Shown: positions 45,504-55,448, numbered from the stretch's first letter. The stretch is 64,000 nucleotides of DNA from Acidobacteriota bacterium (GCA_965205505.1 CBDBHB010000009.1:1696001-1760000), one strand, 5' to 3'. Numbers and translations are program-made. Notes: generated by a model not told the origin, from the letters alone.

Positions 45504-47848
45504 CAGTCTTGCCGCAGGGCGATGGCTGGGTCGACTGCTACAGCGCGGCGAGCCGGTATCACGATGGCGATCAGTGCGGCGGCGGCGAGCGCCAGTAGCG
45601 CGGTCGTGAAGGTGATGGGATCGCTCGGCTGAACCTCGAACAACAGTCCTCTGAGGACGCGACCGAAGGCGATCGCGCCGGCGAGTCCGATCGCCAGCCC
45701 GATGACCACCTGCACCATGCCCTGACGAACGACCATCCCCAGAATGCGCTGTCGCTGTGCACCTAGTGCCATCCGTAGGCCCATCTCGCGGGTTCGCTGC
45801 GTGATCGAGAACGCCATGACGCCGGCGATACCGGTTACCGTGACGATGAGCGCCAGGACGGCGAAGATGCCCAGTAGGGCGGCGGTCAGCCGCGGCGACG
45901 CTACTGCGTCGGCGCGCAGCGCGGCCATCGGATGCAGGTCGCTGATCGGGTTGGCGCCGAGAGCATAGGCGGCGTCCTTGACGCTCTGGCCAGCGCTTGC
46001 CGGATCACCCACCGTTCTTAGCATGAGCCACGTCGGCATGCCGGCCTGACCGAAGGGACGGTAGAACTCCGCCGTGACAGGTGTTTCCGGACCATAGATT
46101 CGTGTATCGCCCGCCACGCCGACGATCGTGATCCAGGTGTCGCCGTCATCGAAGCTGACGCGTGCACCGATCGGCTCCTCCTCGGACCAGTACAGCCGAG
46201 CGAGTGTCTCGTTGATTACCGCTACCGGGGCGGCGTTGGGCTCGTCGCGGCTATCTAGCAAGCGGCCGCTGAGCAGCGGAATCCCGAGGACCTCGAAATA
46301 CTCATGCGTGACGACGTTGAGGTCCAGCTGGGGTCGTGTCTGGGTCTCCTCAACGGCGCGTCCTTCGATGACGAAATCAGCCAGGTTCGGATTCGTCTGC
46401 CGGTACGGCGGCTTCTGCGTCAGCGCCGCGGTTCGCACCAAGGGACTGTCACCGACCGCAACGACCAGCTCTTGCAGGTAGTCGTGCATCTCGGTCATGT
46501 CGTTGAACGCCGTGAAGTCCAATGAAACCCGTGCGGTCAGCACGTGCTCGGTGTCGAAACCCGGGTCGATGGCTTGCAGCCGCAGGAGGCTGCGCAGCGT
46601 CAGGCCCGCACCGATCAGCAGAATGAACGCCAAGGCGACCTGCGCGACGATCAACGCACGGCGCAGCCGCAACCCACCGGTTGCGGTGGAGCGGGCTCCG
46701 TCCTTGATGGCGCCGCCGAGATCGCGCGTGCCGGGAAACGCCGGGAAGGTGCCGAAGGCGATGCCGGTGCCGAGCGAGATCAGCAACGTGAAGGCCAACG
46801 CCCAACCGTCGATGGTTACCGTCGCGGCGCGCGGCGTGTAGCGCCCGGCGAACTCGACGAGCATATCGAGTCCGACATAGGCGAACACCAAGCCGACTGC
46901 GCCACCGATTATCGCCAGGACCGCGCTCTCGGTGAACAGCTGGCGCATCAGGCGGACGCGGCTGGCGCCGAGTGCCGCGCGCACCGCCACTTCCTGTTCT
47001 CGACGCATCACGCGGGCCAAGCTCAGGTTGGCTACGTTGGCGCAGGCGATCAGCAGCACCAGCCCGGCGGTGGCCAGCAACATGAGCAGCACCGGTCGGG
47101 CGTTCCGGGTGAGCTCCTGCTTGAGGTCGACGACCCCCGCCGTGAGGTTCATCTCGGCTGGGTAGGCGTCGGGGAAGTCTGCTTCGAAGCGCGAAGCCAC
47201 GCTGGCGATCTCAGCGCTGGCGTTGCCAACCGTTGCGCCGCCCTGCAGCCGGCCGAAGACGAACAGGTTGCGGAAGGCGTTGCGGTTGCCCGCCATGTTG
47301 CGCTCTGCGTTGGCGCGGTACGGGCATGCAGAGGTTGGCATGTAGACGTCGACTGCGTTGGGGAACTGAGGAATCGGCGGTAGCACGCCTACTACGGTGT
47401 GCGGACGCGTGTTGACCTCGAACACCTGCCCGACGACGCCAGGATCTGCGCCGTGGGCGTTGCGCCAGTAGTCGTAGCTCAGAACTAGGACCGCCTCGGA
47501 GTCGAGGTCGTCCTCACCTTCCACGAACGTCCGTCCCAGCAACGGGGCCACCCCGAGCGTGTCGAAGAAATTGTCGGAAACGACACCGGCCTGGATTCGT
47601 TGCGGCTCATCCTTGCCGAGCAGCACGAAGAACATCGTGTGGTACTCGACTAACTCCTCGAAGCTGGTGGCTTGCTCACGGTAGTCGTAGAGCTCCGGGA
47701 TAGAGGCTTGGACGTTGGCGATCCGTGCGCCGGGCGCGGACTGCTCCAGCAGCACCAGCCGGTTGCCGTGCTCGTAGGGCAGAGGCCGAAGCAGTACCCC
47801 GTAGATGATGCTGAAGATAGCCGTATTGGCACCGATGCCGTCCGCCAT
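45503..47848 (-). CDS. ADOP-type ABC permease, 3' part (interrupted by island)
   Basis: GIGANTAIFS, LLIACANVANL, RAALGA, RTREMGLRMALGA, duplicated MacB/FtsX architecture. Confidence 0.9.
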   Translation of the reverse strand: MADGIGANTAIFSIIYGVLLRPLPYEHGNRLVLLEQSAPGARIANVQASIPELYDYREQATSFEELVEYHTMFFVLLGKDEPQRIQAGVVSDNFFDTLGVAPLLGRTFVEGEDDLDSEAVLVLSYDYWRNAHGADPGVVGQVFEVNTRPHTVVGVLPPIPQFPNAVDVYMPTSACPYRANAERNMAGNRNAFRNLFVFGRLQGGATVGNASAEIASVASRFEADFPDAYPAEMNLTAGVVDLKQELTRNARPVLLMLLATAGLVLLIACANVANLSLARVMRREQEVAVRAALGASRVRLMRQLFTESAVLAIIGGAVGLVFAYVGLDMLVEFAGRYTPRAATVTIDGWALAFTLLISLGTGIAFGTFPAFPGTRDLGGAIKDGARSTATGGLRLRRALIVAQVALAFILLIGAGLTLRSLLRLQAIDPGFDTEHVLTARVSLDFTAFNDMTEMHDYLQELVVAVGDSPLVRTAALTQKPPYRQTNPNLADFVIEGRAVEETQTRPQLDLNVVTHEYFEVLGIPLLSGRLLDSRDEPNAAPVAVINETLARLYWSEEEPIGARVSFDDGDTWITIVGVAGDTRIYGPETPVTAEFYRPFGQAGMPTWLMLRTVGDPASAGQSVKDAAYALGANPISDLHPMAALRADAVASPRLTAALLGIFAVLALIVTVTGIAGVMAFSITQRTREMGLRMALGAQRQRILGMVVRQGMVQVVIGLAIGLAGAIAFGRVLRGLLFEVQPSDPITFTTALLALAAAALIAIVIPARRAVAVDPAIALRQD

Positions 47849-48079
47849 AGTAATACAACTAAAGTATGTGTTTACAACAGTTTACAGGAACTTCTAGTGG
47901 ACTATCACCTCACTATTCCCACCATTAAATCTGGGAATAAAGCGAACTTCTCCGGACCTCTGGGGAGCCCTGAACACACCGAGCGCCGAGGCCGCAATCG
48001 CACCCGGGGCTGCAACTTCACCACGCATCGCTGCCTCTGATTGCCCTATCTTCGGGTCGCTAGCACAGGGAGCCGACCT

Positions 48080-48367
48080 TCACGGGCGCGCCCGAGCCGT
48101 ATCCTTCACCCGTCCTGCTCCTCCAGGTGCCCAGGGCACTGCCTGGTCCCATAGCGCCTCCAGGGCTTCGGTGTCGCCGGCAGCGCGGGCGCGTACGAGC
48201 GCTGCCAGGAGTGCCCCATCCATCCGGAACACGTCTGTGCGCCGGTACCAGGTCGGTGGCCCTCCAGCCGCGGTGAGCTCCACTGCCTGATCGGTCACGG
48301 ACAGCACACGCCGCAATGCGGCGCGCCCACCCGCCATGCGGCACACAACCAGCTGGCCTCTCTTCAT
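48080..48367 (-). CDS. Small hypothetical protein
   Basis: 95-aa ATG ORF, divergent from 48437. Confidence 0.4.
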   Translation of the reverse strand: MKRGQLVVCRMAGGRAALRRVLSVTDQAVELTAAGGPPTWYRRTDVFRMDGALLAALVRARAAGDTEALEALWDQAVPWAPGGAGRVKDTARARP

Positions 48368-48436
48368 GCAGCACGATAAGAGCTTAAGCTAGGAAGTCTC
48401 GGGTGAACCCCTAACCTACTGACGAGAGACAAGGTA

Positions 48437-48877
48437 ATGGCTATCAGCAAGGCCGTTCGTGACGGACTCCAAGCAGAACAGGCGAGCGTTGCGGATGAGA
48501 TGGCTCAGCTTGAGGCACGGCTGCAGTGGCTGACAACACGACAGACCGCCCTCCGCTTAATCCTGGAACAAGAGGCAGCACCTCCGGAACAAAAGGCCCC
48601 GCCGGACACCGGATTACGTCGACTCGGTGTTCGTGATGGGGTTCGAGCGGTACTCAAGGAAGCTGGGGCGCTGAAACCTGCCCAGGTTACGCGGAGTCTG
48701 CGCGATTGTGGCTATCAGTTCAAAGGAAAGACGAAGCCGGGTGCGCGTGTCGGACAGGAGCTTTGGGCGATGGCCAAGTCGGGCACGCTGAGCAAGAACT
48801 CCGCTGGAGAGTACTTCTTGCCCGGTGAGGAACAAGACGAACCGGAGGGCTACGCCACCGCCGCCCAGCTCCGATGA
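48437..48877 (+). CDS. Coiled-coil plus putative winged-helix protein
   Basis: N-terminal heptads, C-terminal wHTH-like pattern, RBS AAGG. Confidence 0.55.
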   Translation: MAISKAVRDGLQAEQASVADEMAQLEARLQWLTTRQTALRLILEQEAAPPEQKAPPDTGLRRLGVRDGVRAVLKEAGALKPAQVTRSLRDCGYQFKGKTKPGARVGQELWAMAKSGTLSKNSAGEYFLPGEEQDEPEGYATAAQLR

Positions 48878-49217
48878 GGATGCCTCAGCCGTTGTCCGGA
48901 ACGAATCAGCCGGCGCAGGTGCGGACAGCGGTACCGAGGCAGAAGGGTCAGGAGCATCGAGTTGACGGTCTTGAGGTGGTGCTGGTGAGTTCCACTCCAT
49001 TCGATCCGTCACTGCCGGGTGATGGACCTTAGCCCCTTCGGTGGCGCTCAGGGTCCGGTGGCGTTTGTCTTTCACGACGGCGGCACGACGCCGCTCGATC
49101 TTTCCTTTCACTTCCTCGACGCCGATGGCGGTTCCGAAGTTACCCCGGAACTGTGCGCCGCCGAGACCGGTGGCCGCGTCCATGCATCTGCTCGAAGTCC
49201 GCGACGAGAAGTCGACC

Positions 49218-49274
49218 TTAGGTTCAGGACCTAGTGGGGGCAACCCCGTGGAGGTTCAAGTCCTCTCTTGGGCA
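49218..49274 (+). pseudogene. 3' fragment of tRNA-Leu(CAG), att-site scar
   Basis: Anticodon arm TTAGG-TTCAGGA-CCTAG, long variable arm, GGTTCAAGTCC T-arm, acceptor CTTGGGCA; no 5' half. Confidence 0.8.
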
Positions 49275-49425
49275 CTTGATGTAACCTATTGACAGGTAAC
49301 GAGTTGCGGAAGGGAGCCGGCCGGCGCGGCCAGGTTCCTTTCGGCGTTTCAGGGCCAGAAAGTAACGAACAGGTAACGGGAGGCGCGTGTCCCGGCAGCG
49401 TAGCTCCGAACTGGAGCATCGCTCC

Positions 49426-49610
49426 TACTTCCTCCGGGCCGTTAGCTCAGTTGGCAGAGCACCGGCCTTTTAAACCTGCCCCGCCCGGTTTCCGGAACCC
49501 TGCAGCGACGGGCGATTCCGCGCTTTCTCCCGTCGACATGGCCACTTACGAGTTTACGTAGGGTTGCGCAGTTTACGCAGCTTTAGCTCCGCGTAAGGGC
49601 AAAACAAGGG
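49426..49610 (+). repeat. Direct repeat copy 1: 5' half tRNA-Lys(TTT) (49436-49473) plus arm-like sequence
   Basis: GGGCCGTTAGCTCAGTTGGCAGAGCACCGGCCTTTTAA followed by non-tRNA sequence conserved with copy 2. Confidence 0.9.
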
Positions 49611-49879
49611 CGGCACGAGGGGCGCGACGCGGAAGGTGCCTGCTCTCGCCTACCCTGCTAACGCGCTCGCCGAGCCGACTCGGCCCGATCCAACGGACGC
49701 TCGCCCCGTAAGATTCCTGCCGTCTAATCAACGCTCGGGTCGGCGTAAGTTCCTGCATAGAAAGAAATTGACGACGGGCGCCCTGGTGCTACAGCCGTGG
49801 GGGCTGGTGTCGAACACGCGAACAACGGCGACCCAATGGGCAACAGACGCCAACGGTCACAGCGGTAATGGATTACCGC

Positions 49880-49977
49880 GGACACTGTACGAGTACGCGT
49901 GCCACGAGGGGAACTACTCGCTCGCCAATACCCTGAGTGGCGCGCGCTATGAGGAGACCAGCGAGGAGAACAGATAG
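49880..49977 (+). pseudogene. C-terminal fragment of a YEYACHEGN-motif protein
   Basis: LYEYACHEGNYSLANTLSGAR without a plausible N-terminal region. Confidence 0.55.
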
Positions 49978-50074
49978 CGCCGGTCGCCAGCGCGGGCGAC
50001 ATGGTACGGTGGCATGGCTCGATGCGTGGATGCTGCATTCGACCAAATGAGCTCACACAGACAGGAGAACGGCG

Positions 50075-51337
50075 ATGGGCGACGATCGACACCGCGTGGA
50101 TCAGACAGGGCTACGAACCCCCGACAACACGCCGACGATGCCGCGAGCAGGCCTGGCACTGGCGGGAGTGCTGGCGACTGTTCTGCTGGTGACGGTGTCT
50201 GTGCTGAGCACGACCGCGACCGTCGACGCAGCGTCGCATCCGCCGATCCAGGCGCAACAGTCGGGCGATGCCGCGATGCCCGACACCGATTCGATGAGCG
50301 ATGAGGAGTTCGTAACGCTGCTGGCGTCAGCAGAGCTGGGCCCCTACGCGCGTGAGGATGCTCTCGCCGATACGTTCTCGCTAGAGCGCGCCGTCAGCTT
50401 CCTCGATCGGGTTGCCCTGACATGGGGTGAGAAGTACGGCTGCGTCACCTGCCATACGAACGGTTTGTATCTCACGGCACCGCCCGAGATCTTCGGCGAG
50501 CGCCGTGCATTCGAGATCGTACACAGTCAGGCTGCCCGTTTCGTGCGCTCCTGGCGCGCCAACGACGTGCCTGGCAACGATGCGCCCGCCCCAGACGTGC
50601 CGGACGTCGTTGGCACGTCTGCGTTTCTGGCCATCAACGAGGCCCAGTCCGGTGAAAAAGAGCTCAGCGACATCACCGTGGAGGCGCTCGACCGCGCCTG
50701 GTCGCTACAGGACGAAGGGGGCCACTGGACTGGGTTTGTATCCAACTGGCCGCCGTTCTACGATCGCCAGTGGCCCGTCACGCTGATGGCGATCGCTACC
50801 GGCATGGCTCCGGGCGACTACGCCAGCACTGACGCCGCCGTGGAGGGGATGCGCAGGATTCGCGACCACATCGACGCGAACCCGCCCGAGTTCGCCCACA
50901 ACCGCGGCATGCTGCTGTGGGCCGGCAGCGTCAACGAGGGGCTGGTCAGCGACGCCGATCGCCAACGCTGGATCGACGAGCTTCTCGATCTGCAGCGTGA
51001 CGACGGTGGCTGGGCCTCGGGAAAGCTCGGCGTATGGCGTATGCGCAAGGGGCTCGACACCGATCCCCCGGTTACTGTCGAAAGTGATGGCTACGGCACC
51101 GGCTTCGTCATGTACGTCCTGCGACAGGCCGGCGTGCCGGCGTCGCACGCCGCGATCCAGCGCGGTGTCGGCTGGTTGAAGGCGAACCAGCGGGCCGGAG
51201 GGTACTGGTGGACCCAGTCCATACGCAATAGCTTCACAACCTCGAACTTCCTGACGCACGCCGGCACGACGTTCGCGGTCAAGGCGCTCGCGGCCTCTAC
51301 GATCGAAACGGGAGGCGTCGCCAACACCGAGCGTTGA
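50075..51337 (+). CDS. Exported prenyltransferase/squalene-cyclase repeat protein with CxxCH
   Basis: QW-like repeats LQDEGGHW, LQRDDGGW, NQRAGGYW; CVTCH; N-terminal hydrophobic segment. Confidence 0.75.
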   Translation: MGDDRHRVDQTGLRTPDNTPTMPRAGLALAGVLATVLLVTVSVLSTTATVDAASHPPIQAQQSGDAAMPDTDSMSDEEFVTLLASAELGPYAREDALADTFSLERAVSFLDRVALTWGEKYGCVTCHTNGLYLTAPPEIFGERRAFEIVHSQAARFVRSWRANDVPGNDAPAPDVPDVVGTSAFLAINEAQSGEKELSDITVEALDRAWSLQDEGGHWTGFVSNWPPFYDRQWPVTLMAIATGMAPGDYASTDAAVEGMRRIRDHIDANPPEFAHNRGMLLWAGSVNEGLVSDADRQRWIDELLDLQRDDGGWASGKLGVWRMRKGLDTDPPVTVESDGYGTGFVMYVLRQAGVPASHAAIQRGVGWLKANQRAGGYWWTQSIRNSFTTSNFLTHAGTTFAVKALAASTIETGGVANTER

Positions 51338-51427
51338 GCGCCACCCCCGAACGTGCTGATCGTCGGCGTTGACACTCGGCCGTCCGCCGTAGCGAAGACT
51401 CGTAACGCCGTGCCGCGCGAGCGCTTA

Positions 51428-51610
51428 TACTTCCTCCGGGCCGTTAGCTCAGTTGGCAGAGCACCGGCCTTTTTAAACCTGCCCCGCCCGATTCCGGGAA
51501 CCCTGCAGCCATCGGCGTTTACGTGTTTTCCATAGCTGACATGGCCACTTACGAGTTTACGTAGGTTTGCGCAGTTTACGCAGCTTTAGCTCCGCGTAAG
51601 GGCAGAACAA
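51428..51610 (+). repeat. Direct repeat copy 2: 5' half tRNA-Lys (51438-51476) plus arm-like sequence
   Basis: Matches copy 1 with one extra T in the loop and a diverged middle; overlapped at its start by TATACT. Confidence 0.9.
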
Positions 51611-51906
51611 TGGGCGTTTCGCGAAAGAGGCAGGGCTCGGTCGTAGGTCCCGGACCGTCCGTTGCGGTCGTACCGCCGCAACTCGCCGTCGTCACGACCG
51701 CCCGGCAATCGAATACCGCTCTGGCCGGGCGGTCAGTGGTGCCAGCCGTTACTTCGGAACCCCGAGGCGCCGTCTGAGCTACGGCCTCAACCGGGCCATT
51801 CCCCCGAGAACGTGGTCCATCAAAACGACGGATCAGTTGCGGTCGCCTCGGGGGTCGCCGATCCCGCCAGTCCGCCGTTCGAGCCCCTCGCGTTACCGTG
51901 CAGGGC

Positions 51907-53109
51907 TCACCAGATTTCAGCCTCTACGAGGATCCTGGGAGGGTCATAGTCATCCGCTCCCGGGTGAGTCTGGAGGATCTCGCGCAGGCGACGGACCGCC
52001 AACAAGGCTGCGTGAACCAGATGGTACTCGTTGTCCATGAGGGTAGGGTCATACTCATTCTCATCGAGAGCATGCGCTGGTCTGTTTCGCTCATTCCTGA
52101 CGTCCTTTAGCGCGCTGATGACGACGCACCGCTCTTCAGTCGCGTGTTCAAAAGCGACCTCCAGAAACTCCCCCAGCAGCCGGATCGTTCCTTTCTCCTT
52201 AATGATGACCCCGTCGTCAGTCTCGGTTCTTGTCTGCAGATCCACCTTGCCCCTGAAGAACCTCTTGTTCAGGTTGTCGGACAGCATCTTGTCGGCCGTG
52301 AGCGCGAGGTCCTGGTAACTTCGGAGGGTGGGCTTGGTTATCCAGGCGAACTGCGCCGGCGCCCCGCTGGCGAAGTTCTCGCGGAACAGAGGAGGCTCTC
52401 TGATCAGTTCACAGATGACATTGATCTGTTGAATCTCCTGGACGACGGCCTCGAAGGGAGATAGGCGGTTCGCAAACTCCCCTTCAACGCTCGTCTTGAA
52501 GTAATCCGAGTCCAGGAGCAGCCCCTCCCGGTCGACCTCGTATGATTTCCAGTGCAGCTGATGCTCAACGTTCGCCTCTGCGAGATCTGCGAGAATCGCC
52601 GTTACAAACCGCGCGCTCCCCCCGTCGCTGTACGCTGCCCCCCACCGAACGTAGATCTTCCCCGGGTCTGCTAGGCCGCGCTCACGAATATAGTCGCTCC
52701 GCCGGACAACGAAGCCGGAAACCCCGGACTCGTCGAACCGATATCGCGGATCATCGCGGTACCGTTCGAGCGCTTGGCGATCGAAGAAGAAATCCTCAAC
52801 TTGTGACCCACTGTGCCGCAGCGCCTTTGTGTAGGGGCCCAGCTCGTCACCTGCCATGGGATCTCTAGGCTCAAGAAGCAATGCGGTCGGGAACACCCAT
52901 AGCTCGTCTCGCCCTTCGGGGATGCGAACGAGACCTTCTTCCGCGAGAGCTCTGACTGCGTCAGAAACAGCTTCTGAGGCTCTCGACGAGTGTGAGCGCT
53001 CGTCGACCAGTGTTACGAGCTTCCAGAGTGGGATGCCACAATGAGGGTGGCCCTCGAGCCACGAGTAGGCGATCGCATCGGCTACCACTTCCTTGAGGTG
53101 GCGGGTCAC
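51907..53109 (-). CDS. Hypothetical protein with C-terminal HEPN-like RxxxxH motif
   Basis: 400 aa, visibly lower GC, helical C-terminus with RNRPAH. Confidence 0.6.
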   Translation of the reverse strand: MTRHLKEVVADAIAYSWLEGHPHCGIPLWKLVTLVDERSHSSRASEAVSDAVRALAEEGLVRIPEGRDELWVFPTALLLEPRDPMAGDELGPYTKALRHSGSQVEDFFFDRQALERYRDDPRYRFDESGVSGFVVRRSDYIRERGLADPGKIYVRWGAAYSDGGSARFVTAILADLAEANVEHQLHWKSYEVDREGLLLDSDYFKTSVEGEFANRLSPFEAVVQEIQQINVICELIREPPLFRENFASGAPAQFAWITKPTLRSYQDLALTADKMLSDNLNKRFFRGKVDLQTRTETDDGVIIKEKGTIRLLGEFLEVAFEHATEERCVVISALKDVRNERNRPAHALDENEYDPTLMDNEYHLVHAALLAVRRLREILQTHPGADDYDPPRILVEAEIW

Positions 53110-53536
53110 CTCTCTTCCTCCTTTAGATCAATGGGGATGGCGAGCGCTCGCGCTTGACTCGCCGTGTCTGAGATCCGCATTGGCGAACCCCCTTGGTTGA
53201 CGGTGGCGCGCCGCGGATCGGCTAAACGCTTCCACGTGCATGGCTGCTACTCTGCCGGGAAGCTCGGGAAGCTCGGGAAGCGACAACCCTACTCTTGGAG
53301 CCGGCTAGACAACACCCTTGTTCCCTCTCGCTTACGTGATCTCTGCCCTCGTGCTGCCCTCACGTTGGATCGCTGCGCTGGCCTGGATGTGAGTACCCGA
53401 GGCTTCGCAAGGCTCGCAGTCGATCCGCTCACCGCGCTACGGTTGCGCAATGAGCAAGCGTCTTGAAGGTAGTGAACCCCTTCACAGATCTGGTGTACCG
53501 GTTGGTGCTACGGCCAACGATTTCTGGCAGTGGTCG

Positions 53537-54796
53537 TGACCTGACCCCACGGTTAGTACCACGTCTTATCTCAGTAACTCGGTGCTGACAAGGGGTTGTT
53601 GAGGCCGGCGAAGCGGAGCGTAGCCGGCTTCAACAACAGCGCCTCCGGGGCCGGTGGTCGGTAGCCCAACGAGCTGTGCGGTCGCATGCGGTTGTACTGC
53701 TGCCTCCATCTCTCGATCAGAACCTTTGCCTCCTTGAGCGTGTAGAAGATCTCGCCGTTGAGCAGCTCGTCTCGGAGCTTGCCGTTGAAGCTCTCCACGT
53801 AGCCGTTCTCCCACGGCGAGCCCGGCTCGATGAACAGCGTGCCCACACCGAGCCTACCGAGCCAGTCGCGAACCGCCTCGGCGGTGAACTCCGGTCCGTT
53901 ATCGGACCGGATGTGCTCAGGTATGCCCCGGTGCACGAACAACCACCCGAGCCGCTCGAGCACGTCCTCACAGTTGAGCTTCCGTGCCACGTCGATCGCC
54001 AGGCTTTCTCGTGTGTACTCATCGACGATCGTCAGCAGCCTCATAGCCCGACCCTCGTGCGTCCGGTGATGAACGAAGTCATACGCCCAGACGTGATCTT
54101 TGCGCTGTGGTCGCAGCCGGATGCACGAGCCATCGCTGAGCCACAGCCGGGCTCGTTTGGGCTGCTTTGTCGGTACTTTCAGCCCCTCACGCCTCCAGAT
54201 ACGCTGCACTCGTTTGTGGTTCACCCACCAGCCCTCCATACGCAACAACGCCGTCACTCGCCGATACCCGTAGCGCCCGTATTGTCGGGCTAGATCCACG
54301 ATCCGCTCCGTCAACATCTGCTCATCGCCCGGTTCTCTTGGCATGTACCTGTGTGTCGTGCGTGGTTGTTTCAGTACCCGGCACGCCCGCCTCTCGGAGA
54401 CGCCCAGCCGCCCCCGTACATGCGCCACCGCCTCGCGCCGTCGAGCTGGGCTCAGAAGTTTCCCTCCGCGACTTCCTTCAGGATCGACAGGTCGAGCTCT
54501 TTCTCCGCCACCAGTTTCTTGAGCCGGGCGTTTTCTTTCTCCAGCTGCTTGAGCCTTCTGGCCTGGTTGACCTTCAGCCCCCCGTACTCCCGCCGCCACC
54601 GATAGTAGGTGTGCTCGGTGATCGCTAGCTTGCGGCAGGCATCCTTGACCGTCCCGCCTTGCGCCAGCTCCACTTCAGCCTCCCGGAGCTTGCGTACGAT
54701 CTGCTCGGCGCTGTGCCTCTTCGTCGGCATTCTGACCTCCCCTTTTCGACCCAGATCGTGAGATTACCTCTGGATCCGTTTTGGGGGGTCAGGTCA
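53537..54796 (-). mobile_element. IS3 family element, OrfA 54452-54730 and overlapping OrfB ending at 53571
   Basis: 12-bp IR TGACCTGACCCC; DDE motifs WAYDF, SDNGPEF, ESFNG; GGGAAAC at the OrfA/OrfB overlap. Confidence 0.95.
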
Positions 54797-54937
54797 CGTA
54801 CGCGACGGCCATGCCCTGCAGGGCGGTCGCAACACCGCCGAACGCCACCGTCGTCTTCTGACCGCAGCGGCGATAGCGAGCGTTGCCAAGATATGGGGAC
54901 CCGCTAATTCGCTTCAGCTCGCTATCCTCTAAGTGCC

Positions 54938-55174
54938 TCATCGGCAACCCTCATCGCGCGCCATCGCTCGCACTTCGTCTGCGTCAGCAGCGCTCACGAT
55001 CCACTCCGCGGCGGTCAGCGTCTCGAGGTCCCGGCCCCACCATTGCCGGAGATTCTCGAGTGCCTCGTCCTCTGGCCAGCGCTCACCGTCGAAGTCCGCC
55101 ACCAGGGCCACCGCACCGAGGAACTGCTGCCGCGAGCCGATCATCCCGTACAACTCCGCGAACTCGTAATCCAC
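54938..55174 (-). CDS. Small hypothetical protein
   Basis: Protein-like 78-aa part of the ORF downstream of the iterons. Confidence 0.35.
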   Translation of the reverse strand: MDYEFAELYGMIGSRQQFLGAVALVADFDGERWPEDEALENLRQWWGRDLETLTAAEWIVSAADADEVRAMARDEGCR

Positions 55175-55187
55175 CCGAAGAGGCCAC

Positions 55188-55424
55188 TGTCGCACGGTTG
55201 TCGCAGTGATTCGAGCGGCTGCTGCACCCTCCTGTCGCACGGTTGTCGCAGGATTTGTCGCAGGCTCGGGGACAGCGGAATTCCGCTGCAACACCCGTAG
55301 TGCCGCCTCTTTCGCCCTCACGCCCTGCCTCCTTGTGTCGCACGGTTGTCGCACCGCTTTGTCGCACCGGCACGCATTCGTTGTCGCACAGTCGCACCCC
55401 CCTATGGGGGTGCAGACTGCGACA
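55188..55424. repeat. TGTCGCA iteron cluster, putative replication origin
   Basis: Nine direct TGTCGCA, one variant and one inverted copy around GCACCCCC-CTAT-GGGGGTGC. Confidence 0.75.
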
Positions 55425-55448
55425 CGTGCAACGGCGGGACGGAACGCC

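Noticed and set aside
49436-51476. Functional, split or intron-containing tRNA-Lys
   Set aside because: No matching 3' half (GCCGG...TTCGA...CGGCCC) was seen in the window.
53255-53280. CGGGAAGCT short tandem repeat
   Set aside because: Fewer than three copies and no supporting context.
53532-54801. Target site duplication of the IS3
   Set aside because: Flanks GGTCG and CGTAC give no convincing 3-4 bp duplication.
55188-55424. CRISPR array
   Set aside because: Repeats are 7 bp with irregular short spacing and no cas genes. Fits iterons better.
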